Shown: positions 56,945 to 64,000 of the stretch, in pieces | Position numbering within the stretch: position 1 is the first letter of the stretch | Layout of the letters: each line of letters starts with the position of its first letter | DNA from: Candidatus Omnitrophota bacterium | GTDB lineage: Bacteria > Omnitrophota > Gorgyraeia > Duberdicusellales > 4484-171 | Reading direction: 5' to 3' | Assembly (NCBI GenBank): GCA_021735655.1 | Contig: JAIPGM010000002.1 | Span: forward strand, 224,001 to 288,000 | Length of the DNA stretch: 64,000 bases | Program-made: the position numbers and the translations under genes | The notes under the pieces: model-generated | Seen by the model: the letters and a program-made list of their open reading frames with translations, nothing else | Database searches by the model: none | What the model was told of the DNA's origin: nothing

Positions 56945-57562
56945 TCATTCGATGATGACCTTTAAATGCTTAAGGCTTTTAATAAGTTGCTGATGATTTT
57001 CAAATTGAATACAGTTAAGTCCAAGTTTGCTTGCCTCAATTATTAAATCCTGACGATCGTCAATATAGATTATGTCTGAAAACCGGGCCCCAGAGATATT
57101 GCTTAAAGTCTGATAGATCTTAAGTTCTGGTTTAACTGATTTAACTTCATAAGACAAAATCAACCGATCAAAAAGAGAAAATACCTGTTTGTATTCTTGG
57201 TAAAGATATTCAAAATGAAGCTGATTAATATTAGAAATTAGATATAAAGGATATTGACCTTTAAGTAACTTAACTAATTCAATAGTCTCAGTAATCGGTG
57301 AAAATATTTTACACCAAACATCAACAAATTCAGAATAAGAAAAATTAATACCGAATTCATCACAAAAGTTCTTATGGAACTGCTCGCCGGAAACTAGACC
57401 TTTTTCAAAAGGAATAGTAAAGTTTTTATCATAAAGCGAATAAATAACCTCTGAAATAGACAACTTCATCCTGTCTTTAATCTTATTCAGAGCTAAAGTA
57501 TAGTCAAACTTAAAAAGAACATTGCCGAGGTCAAAAGCTAAAATTTTACTTTTATTTTCCAT
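56945..57562 (-). CDS. HAD-superfamily hydrolase
   Basis: Motif I FDLGNVLF sits near the N-terminus and IYIDDR is the motif IV-like segment. The start was trimmed to Met7 so that motif I is N-terminal. Confidence 0.55.
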   Translation of the reverse strand: MENKSKILAFDLGNVLFKFDYTLALNKIKDRMKLSISEVIYSLYDKNFTIPFEKGLVSGEQFHKNFCDEFGINFSYSEFVDVWCKIFSPITETIELVKLLKGQYPLYLISNINQLHFEYLYQEYKQVFSLFDRLILSYEVKSVKPELKIYQTLSNISGARFSDIIYIDDRQDLIIEASKLGLNCIQFENHQQLIKSLKHLKVIIE

Positions 57563-58484
57563 AGTACAGTTTTTCAGCACTGATAATAAGACTTTTTTTG
57601 GCCTCGAAATGAGGCTTAAATCCTAAAGATTCTATCCTTTTTAAGCTGTATATTCGATCTTTCAAAAAAAAGCTAATTTTTTTACCTATACCTGGTAAAT
57701 TAAGCAATAAAAGTTCGGTTAATTTAAAAAGCCTGCCCGGAGGTTTTGCGCCTATCCCCTTTGCCAAGGCTTTGAAGATATCTTTAACCCTTAGGGCTTC
57801 TTTATCGGCAACAAAAAAAGAACCTTTTAAGAATTCATCACTCTCTAAGCAAAACAGCATCGCCGAAACAACATTTTCAACATAAGCAAGATGAAGTATA
57901 TTTTCTCCTTGATTAATTAAAGGCAGAAGCCTTGCCTTAAGCAACTTGAGTAGAAATTTTAAAGCATGGGGCTCATCCTCGCCATAAACTATTGGCGGTC
58001 GGAGTATGGTTATGGCTAAGCCTTTATTTCGAAATTCCAAAGCAACTTTTTCAGCCTCAATTTTAGACTCACCATAAGCATTAGTAGCTGCGAAAGGTAA
58101 ATCTTCCCTCAAGGGAAGTTCAGTATTTCCGCTAATAACGGCAACCGAGCTCAAGTATACCAACCTCGACACTCGATGCTCTAGGCAAATATCACAAACA
58201 TTCCTTGTGCCTTGAACATTAACCTGGTGCAGTTTTTTAATATTTTTATTCTCAACATAGGCTGCACAATGAAAAGCAAGGTCAATCTTATACCCTTTAA
58301 GCTTAGCTAACGACTTTTTATCGGTGATATCGCCATAAATAAGCTGAGCCCCTAACCCTTCAAGTAATTTTGCTTTTTTCGGATTACGAACAAAACAAAA
58401 AACATCATATTTTTTATGATGTAGCAACTCACGTACTAGATGTCGCCCGATAAATCCAGTTGCCCCAGTAACTAATACATTCAT
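57552..58484 (-). CDS. NAD-dependent epimerase/dehydratase family protein
   Basis: MNVLVTGATGFIGRHLVREL is the Rossmann GxxGxxG motif. Confidence 0.75.
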   Translation of the reverse strand: MNVLVTGATGFIGRHLVRELLHHKKYDVFCFVRNPKKAKLLEGLGAQLIYGDITDKKSLAKLKGYKIDLAFHCAAYVENKNIKKLHQVNVQGTRNVCDICLEHRVSRLVYLSSVAVISGNTELPLREDLPFAATNAYGESKIEAEKVALEFRNKGLAITILRPPIVYGEDEPHALKFLLKLLKARLLPLINQGENILHLAYVENVVSAMLFCLESDEFLKGSFFVADKEALRVKDIFKALAKGIGAKPPGRLFKLTELLLLNLPGIGKKISFFLKDRIYSLKRIESLGFKPHFEAKKSLIISAEKLYYGK

Positions 58485-59449
58485 AGCCCCTCTATTTCTC
58501 CTTGACGTTGGGTAAGAATTTTATTTATTTTCTGCATATCAACTTCAGATATTGTCCAACCTAAGCCACCTAAGTTATCTTTAACTTGTTCTAAGTTCCG
58601 CATACCAACGATAGTTGAAGTAACCCCCTTCTGGCTAAAATTCCAATTTATCGCTAGTTGAGTTAATGTCTTTTTGTAATTAACGGCAATGGTTTTTAAC
58701 TGACTAAGTGCTTCTTTATTTATCGAAAAAAGCGGTTCTCGCAAATGTCTTTTTTTCATTTTTCTATTAGTATCATTAGGAATTGAAACCTTATCGAAAA
58801 AAAACTTACCAGTTAATAAACCACTATAAAGCGGTGCGTAAGCTATTACCGCTATATTATTTTTTAGACAAAATGGAATGATCTCCTCTTCGATACCACG
58901 ATTAAACATGCTGTATTCGGGTTGTAAACAATGTAGTGGTGCATATTTCATAAATTCGCGCATTTGAGCAACTGAATGATTACTTACACCAATGGATTTG
59001 ATAATTCTCCGTTGATATAATTCATAGATCACCTCGGCGGTTTCGCCAATCGGTATATTAGAATCAGGCCAATGGACTTGGTAAAGATCAAAATAATCAG
59101 TTTCAAGACGTTTACGTGATATATCTACCTCTTCTAAAATCCTTTTTTTACTAAGATTATGTAAAATCTTTGGCCCTTCCCAGGAAAGACCGACTTTAGT
59201 AGCCAAAACTACCCTTTCACGAAGTTTCCTTTTTCTAATAAAAGCTCCGATGATCCTTTCTGAACGACCCTTACCATATATCGGCGCAGTATCAATAAGC
59301 GTAATGCCACTAGAAATAGCTTTATCTAAAACCGCTACTGAGTTAGCATCTTCCTGAGGCCCCCACCAACTATCGCCGCCAAAAGACCAAGTGCCTAAAG
59401 ATATTGGTAAAATAGCTTGATCCAATCCTTTTATTTTTCGATAATCCAT
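58481..59449 (-). CDS. Aldo/keto reductase
   Basis: LGTWSFGG is present, along with AKR active-site spacing. Confidence 0.8.
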   Translation of the reverse strand: MDYRKIKGLDQAILPISLGTWSFGGDSWWGPQEDANSVAVLDKAISSGITLIDTAPIYGKGRSERIIGAFIRKRKLRERVVLATKVGLSWEGPKILHNLSKKRILEEVDISRKRLETDYFDLYQVHWPDSNIPIGETAEVIYELYQRRIIKSIGVSNHSVAQMREFMKYAPLHCLQPEYSMFNRGIEEEIIPFCLKNNIAVIAYAPLYSGLLTGKFFFDKVSIPNDTNRKMKKRHLREPLFSINKEALSQLKTIAVNYKKTLTQLAINWNFSQKGVTSTIVGMRNLEQVKDNLGGLGWTISEVDMQKINKILTQRQGEIEGL

Positions 59450-59463
59450 ATTTATTTTTTAAT

Positions 59464-60384
59464 TTAAATTTTTATCTTAATGCCGTCGGCAATAACTGTT
59501 GGTTTTAAAAAAACAAAATCCAAATGAGACGGGCAACTTACACGGCCACCAAAAGATTTATTATTGCCAAAGGCAATGTGAGCAGTGCCCAAACTCTTCT
59601 CATCTTCAAGAATGCTTCCAGTTACCTTCGCCTTAGGATTAAGACCAATGCCCAATTCAGCGACGTTAAGAATCTTTCTACCGTATAAATGCACTAAAGG
59701 CCTCATCTTTGCTATCGGAACATTCTCAGCATAACCATTTTTTATTTTTATTTTAAGCGACTTTTTTAATTTACCAAGAAATGGAGCACTGCCATCAATA
59801 ACTAACTGCCCATTAGCAGTTCCCTCTAGAGGACTAATACAAGCCTCACCGGCCGGTAAATTTCCGAAAGCACCGGATTTTATATATAAGCCGTTATCAC
59901 TAAAACCGCGCCGACCCTTAACTGACATTGTTAAATGAGTTCCGGCTTCAGTGTAGACTTCAATCTTTTTTGCTTTAGTCAAAGAATTGGCTAACTTTGT
60001 TGTTTTTTTTGCCAAATTTGAATAATTAAGACAAATAGCGCGATTAAGCATCGCCAGAGTTACCCCCGGAAGACTCCCAATGCGCGTCCCATACTTTTTA
60101 GAAGCAATTTTACGAGCCTTAGTGTGAGAAAGGGACATCGAAGTAAATAACAATGCGGCATCGGCTTTCTTTAAGGCTTCAGCGACCACAGCCGGAGGTT
60201 CTTGGCCGTGCATTTGGCGAGGTTTAATCAAAAAACAACTGCTTTCTATCCCTTGTGACTGCGCTAAACGATAGAACTCATAAGCAAGTTTACAAAGCTT
60301 ATCATCACACACAATCAAAAGCTCTTCTGATTTTCTCAAACCAAGACATTTTCTCGTTATGGTTTTGACGATTTGCTTTTTCAC
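59464..60384 (-). CDS. M29 (aminopeptidase T/AmpS)-like protein
   Basis: GNLPAGEACISP and AHIAFG resemble M29 family motifs. The track start at 60462 has no Met codon match, so a GTG at 60382-60384 is proposed. Confidence 0.4.
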   Translation of the reverse strand: MKKQIVKTITRKCLGLRKSEELLIVCDDKLCKLAYEFYRLAQSQGIESSCFLIKPRQMHGQEPPAVVAEALKKADAALLFTSMSLSHTKARKIASKKYGTRIGSLPGVTLAMLNRAICLNYSNLAKKTTKLANSLTKAKKIEVYTEAGTHLTMSVKGRRGFSDNGLYIKSGAFGNLPAGEACISPLEGTANGQLVIDGSAPFLGKLKKSLKIKIKNGYAENVPIAKMRPLVHLYGRKILNVAELGIGLNPKAKVTGSILEDEKSLGTAHIAFGNNKSFGGRVSCPSHLDFVFLKPTVIADGIKIKI

Positions 60385-60395
60385 TAAATTTAGTG

Positions 60396-60518
60396 TTAGT
60401 CGAAGGCTTGAGAAATGCCGTAGGCTGCAGCAGCTGAGATGCCGGCTCCGATAAGAGCGCAACCCTGCATAAGCGGTAATAATACTAAAATTGAAATGAT
60501 AACAATTCTTTTAATCAT
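60396..60518 (-). CDS. 40-aa lipoprotein-like signal-peptide ORF (not in track)
   Basis: The translation is MIKRIVIISILVLLPLMQGCALIGAGISAAAYGISQAFD*. A strong RBS ggaggaaaagagg lies upstream, and LMQGC is a lipobox. Confidence 0.25.
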   Translation of the reverse strand: MIKRIVIISILVLLPLMQGCALIGAGISAAAAYGISQAFD

Positions 60519-60559
60519 CCTCTTTTCCTCCTTTAAATAATTATATCACAAGATATGCT

Positions 60560-62056
60560 CTAGAAAAAGAGATCTCTTTCGCCTTCTTTAATCCTTCGAT
60601 AATAACTCATGAATTGGTCAAAAACCTGAGGGATGTTTTTGCGGACTTCCTCTATTTCTTTCGTGATTACTTTCTCAGCTATATTTTTAGTTTCCTCGCT
60701 GGCAAAATCATCTAACCATTCACGAAAAGTTAAAACAGCATTTAATTTACAAAATTTACCTTCTTGACCAGTTTTAAGTAACTCCATAATGCATTCACCC
60801 GTTCTGCCGCAGCGATAACCAGCAGTACAAAAAGAACTGATTACCCCCATTGAGGCAAACTCTCTAATCATCTCATCTAGGCTACGAGTATCAGCCAAAA
60901 TAAATTGCTGTCGGGGGCTGTCTTGAGTTTTACTCTGATCGCTGTATGAACCAATTCCTATTTTGGTAGAAGCATCAGTTTGAGTTATTCCTAGCCTGAT
61001 TGAATCTCTCTTCATCTGAGGGGTTTCCCGACAAGTAATAATTAGACCAGTATGAGGCACAGCCAGTCTAAGCACAGTAATTAACTTTTTAAACTGCTGA
61101 TCCGAAACCTTATATTTTAAATTATCATTAAAAGGCGTGTTTTCTGCCGGTTCAAGGCGTGGAAAAGATATCGTATGAGCTCCGACACCAAATTTATCCT
61201 CTAATTCACGATTATGCGCAACCAAGCTCATTAGCTCAAACTTCCAATCGTAAAGCCCAAATAAAACACCCAAGCCAACATCATCAACCCCAGCCTCAAA
61301 GGCACGATGCATCGCATAAAGTCGCCAGAAGTAATTTCCTTTTATTGTAGTTGGCGGATGAATAGTTTTATAGGTGGTCTTATGGTAAGTCTCTTGGAAA
61401 ACTTGATAGGTACCAATTCCGACATCTTTTAGACGACCCAATTCCTCTATCGATAAGGGCGGAGCATTCACATTTACCCGACGAATCTGACCAACGCCAT
61501 TTTTGGTTTTCTCCCGAACATTATAAATAGTACGAATTGAATCAACCATGTAATTTATATCATTCGAAGGATGCTCTCCATAAACGACAATTAAACGTTT
61601 ATGACCAATCTTACCAGCCAAAACAGCGGTTTCCTTCTCAACCTGCTTTAAGCTTAAGACTCGGCGTTCACTCTTTGTGTTAGATCGTCTGAAACCACAA
61701 TAAAGACAATCATTAACACAATAATTCCCAAGATAAAGCGGAGCAAAGGTGACGATTCGATTGTCATAAACCTTTCGCTTCACCCTTAAGGCGCATTCCT
61801 TCATCAATTCTAATGTTTTAGAATCAGTTACCCTTAAAAGGGTTGCCGTCTCATCAAGAGTTAAAGTTTTAATCGCTAAGGATTTATTTAAAATGTCTTC
61901 GACTTCTTTGGAATCAGGCTCCTGAGTGCATGATAATTTCGTAAAGATTTCTTTCTGAGGAATAAAATCCTTACCCTCAATCATATAACGCTCAATTTGG
62001 TCGCGCTTTATACGTTGAGACTCCCAACTCTGAAATTTATTAGTCTTAATTAACAT
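60560..62056 (-). CDS. hydG: Radical SAM enzyme of ThiH/HydG family; size and Cys-rich C-terminal extension favour [FeFe]-hydrogenase maturase HydG
   Basis: The radical SAM motif reads CVNDCLYCGFRRSN. The 498-aa length is well above the ~377 aa of ThiH. A C-terminal Cys cluster FCTAGYRCGRTGEC...FC is present. Confidence 0.55.
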   Translation of the reverse strand: MLIKTNKFQSWESQRIKRDQIERYMIEGKDFIPQKEIFTKLSCTQEPDSKEVEDILNKSLAIKTLTLDETATLLRVTDSKTLELMKECALRVKRKVYDNRIVTFAPLYLGNYCVNDCLYCGFRRSNTKSERRVLSLKQVEKETAVLAGKIGHKRLIVVYGEHPSNDINYMVDSIRTIYNVREKTKNGVGQIRRVNVNAPPLSIEELGRLKDVGIGTYQVFQETYHKTTYKTIHPPTTIKGNYFWRLYAMHRAFEAGVDDVGLGVLFGLYDWKFELMSLVAHNRELEDKFGVGAHTISFPRLEPAENTPFNDNLKYKVSDQQFKKLITVLRLAVPHTGLIITCRETPQMKRDSIRLGITQTDASTKIGIGSYSDQSKTQDSPRQQFILADTRSLDEMIREFASMGVISSFCTAGYRCGRTGECIMELLKTGQEGKFCKLNAVLTFREWLDDFASEETKNIAEKVITKEIEEVRKNIPQVFDQFMSYYRRIKEGERDLFF

Positions 62057-62698
62057 CTAACTTCCCTGCTTTACAAAAAATATTAAACTCTCTAACTCAC
62101 AAGCCATATCAACGTTAGAAACAAATATATTATCAGGAACTTTCAAGGCAATTGGAGCGAAGTTAAGTATTCCCTTAATATTTGAATCGATTAACTGGTT
62201 AGCTATGTCTTGAGCTACTTCAGGCGGCGTAGCTATTATTGCTATTTTTATTCCATCTTTTTTAATCATTTCACTCAAATTATCAATAGCCTGAACTACG
62301 ATACCTTTTTTTGTTTTACCAATCTTTTTCTGATCATTATCAAAAATTGCAGTAATTTTTATATTAAACTTTGAAAAACCATCGAACCCCAACAAGGCCC
62401 CACCGACTCTACCTAGGCCTACCAAAGCAATATTCCAATCAATATGGGTTCCGACTATTTTTTGGATTTGTCCAATTAAAAAATCTACGTTATAGCCCAC
62501 ACCGCGCTTGCCAAATTCACCAAAATAAGACAAATCCTTTCTAAACTGAGACGGAGTTACGTTTAAAAACTTAGTTATTTTATCCGAAGAAATAACTTCA
62601 ACTCCCTGCTTTTTTATTTTTCGTAAGTTACGTAAATACAGAGTAAGCCTTCTGATCGTTTCCAAAGAAAAATGTTTCTTGTCTTTACTGTTTTTCAT
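62057..62698 (-). CDS. rex: Redox-sensing transcriptional repressor Rex
   Basis: The N-terminal winged helix IRRLTLYLRNL is followed by the Rossmann motif IALVGLGRVGGALL. Confidence 0.8.
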   Translation of the reverse strand: MKNSKDKKHFSLETIRRLTLYLRNLRKIKKQGVEVISSDKITKFLNVTPSQFRKDLSYFGEFGKRGVGYNVDFLIGQIQKIVGTHIDWNIALVGLGRVGGALLGFDGFSKFNIKITAIFDNDQKKIGKTKKGIVVQAIDNLSEMIKKDGIKIAIIATPPEVAQDIANQLIDSNIKGILNFAPIALKVPDNIFVSNVDMACELESLIFFVKQGS

Positions 62699-64000
62699 CA
62701 GATACTCTAGTATCCCGAGCTATACCTAAATCGGTAGGCGCCCGGCCTAAAGATTTAAGTAAATTAATAGTCTCAGTAATCTGATCATTAATCTCCGCTT
62801 CGCCATAGGCCTTATTAGGATAAATTGCATAATACTTTCGATATTTACGCGGAGTTAAATTGAGCATTACCGAATTTCCACCCGAAGACAATCCTTTCTT
62901 GCGTGCCTCTAAAGATAAGGTCTCAAAGGCTGTGGTTATAAGAATTTTAGCCGCTTCTGGATCGATTAAACGAGCCAAAGCAAGGTTTTTTAAAACTTCT
63001 TCTTCAGAAGGAGCTTTGCAATTGGCCAAGAGACTATTCGGGTGAGGCAAAAATGGCCCAAATGAGTACATCTCAGAGCCCAAAGCCTTAGTTAGATAAA
63101 TATCATTTATCGTATCTTGATTAGTTTGACCAGGCAAACCAATCAAGGCACCAGTCATAACTAAATACCCTAATTCATGGGCTTTTTTTAGATGATCCAG
63201 GCGACTATCTAAAGTTTGGCCAGGATGTAATTTCTCATAGATTTTAGGATTTGAAGTTTCAAAACGCATCAACAATGCTCTTGCCCCAGCCTGATAAAGC
63301 TTAAGCAATCCATCAAGCCCGACTTCACCAAAGCTTATACAAATCAAAACTGGAACCGTTTCTTTAATTTTTCTTATAATTTCCGCTAGATCATCTATGC
63401 TATAGTGTGGGTCTTCTCCCGATTGCAAAACTAAAGCCTGGAAACCATACTCTTTAACGGCACCAACTGCCGTCTCAATGATTTCCGCCGCTGACATTCG
63501 ATAACGCATAAGATTCTGGTTGTCAGCTGAAATACCACAATATTGACAACTCTGCTTACAAAAATTAGATATTTCGATTATCCCATGAATACAACATGAA
63601 TTTTTATGGTACTTTTGACGCAAAAAGTTAGCGGTTCGATAAAGAATATCTTGAGCCTCAGGCTTATCTAACTTAAGTAAATAAAATAACTCTTCTTTAC
63701 TCAATTGAATATTTTCTAAAGCTTTATCTAAAATAAGACTTAGCTGCCTGTCGATATTTTTTTTGCTAAGATCCAAGCGAGACAATCGTAAGTCCATATC
63801 CTGAAGTTCGAAAAAAAGCTCATTCCAAGCTGCCAAGGTCTCCTCAGCCTCCTTTGGGGAAACTTTTTTAATTACAAACCCGCCTTGAGCCGACACATAA
63901 TCACCGGGTTTGATATCATAAAACTCATTGATTGCTTTTTTTTCTTCACCAAAGTAATCAACCAGAACGGTTTTCCCAACTATTTCTTTTACCTTGCCAG
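62685..64000 (-). CDS. BioB/HydE-like radical SAM enzyme, 5-prime partial; reading frame continues upstream through a HypC-like domain to the window edge
   Basis: The radical SAM motif reads CKQSCQYCGI. Upstream of the GTG at 63896 the same frame stays open and translates LARVKEIVGKTVLVDYFGEEKKAINEFYDIKPGDYVSAQGGFV, which is HypC/HupF-like, with GDYV..GF and a trailing EAEE. Confidence 0.5.
   Translation of the reverse strand, partial: GKVKEIVGKTVLVDYFGEEKKAINEFYDIKPGDYVSAQGGFVIKKVSPKEAEETLAAWNELFFELQDMDLRLSRLDLSKKNIDRQLSLILDKALENIQLSKEELFYLLKLDKPEAQDILYRTANFLRQKYHKNSCCIHGIIEISNFCKQSCQYCGISADNQNLMRYRMSAAEIIETAVGAVKEYGFQALVLQSGEDPHYSIDDLAEIIRKIKETVPVLICISFGEVGLDGLLKLYQAGARALLMRFETSNPKIYEKLHPGQTLDSRLDHLKKAHELGYLVMTGALIGLPGQTNQDTINDIYLTKALGSEMYSFGPFLPHPNSLLANCKAPSEEEVLKNLALARLIDPEAAKILITTAFETLSLEARKKGLSSGGNSVMLNLTPRKYRKYYAIYPNKAYGEAEINDQITETINLLKSLGRAPTDLGIARDTRVSDEKQ

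Noticed and set aside
61159-63045. Plus-strand ORFs 61159..61350 and 62860..63045
   Set aside because: Antisense to the HydG-like and HydE-like radical SAM genes.
1-64000. CRISPR arrays, rRNA operons, integrases or transposases
   Set aside because: No regularly spaced direct repeats, no rRNA-like conserved blocks, and no ORF with integrase or transposase motifs were seen anywhere in the window.

Overview
AT-rich (~36-38% GC) bacterial chromosomal window of about 64 kb, most likely from a diderm organism. It carries an outer-membrane TonB-dependent receptor, TonB-like and LPS-heptose genes, and type IV pilin genes whose N-termini resemble those of uncultivated Omnitrophota-type lineages; that lineage guess is speculative.

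Gene content. Most of the window is densely packed housekeeping genes. Recognised genes include aroQ, an M24 aminopeptidase, efp, accB-accC, a PPi-dependent phosphofructokinase, gmhA, a heptose-1-P adenylyltransferase, thiC, an M50 protease, aroB, dinB, mscS, uppP, apt, an RpoD-family sigma factor, ppdK, glycyl-tRNA synthetase and an aldo-keto reductase. There are two tRNAs: Gly-CCC (+) and Arg-CCT (-).

c-di-GMP signalling. The window is unusually rich in c-di-GMP components. There are three HD-GYP phosphodiesterases, one joined to HAMP and one to four PAS domains plus GGDEF. There is a REC-GGDDF protein with a C-terminal MshEN-like domain, two stand-alone PilZ proteins flanking a 47-aa zinc-ribbon ORF, and a STAS-PilZ fusion.

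Riboswitches. A cobalamin riboswitch is clear on the minus strand, with a consensus B12 box and an intrinsic terminator, upstream of a TonB-dependent receptor. The annotated start of that receptor is spurious. A c-di-GMP-I (GEMM)-like element sits upstream of an M48 protease.

Most unusual feature. The most unusual protein is a 1069-aa EF-G paralog. Its complete GTPase/translocase body is preceded, in one uninterrupted frame, by about 370 residues: an N-terminal TM helix, a long coiled coil and an acidic linker.

Other notable items:
- The AmmeMemoRadiSam Memo-like (AmrB) and radical-SAM (AmrS) genes lie far apart, with no AMMECR1 gene seen.
- A 5-prime partial, radical SAM-containing cluster runs off the window end: HydG-like, Rex, then a HydE/BioB-like radical SAM whose frame continues into a HypC-like domain.
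- Two paralogous clan GH-A glycosidases flank a protein made of two tandem CBM-like repeats. Interleaved inverted repeats sit between the first glycosidase and the repeat protein.
- An orphan ribbon-helix-helix gene with a strong promoter lies in a gene-poor islet.
- A pilin N-terminus is duplicated.

No CRISPR arrays, rRNA or obvious transposases or integrases were seen.
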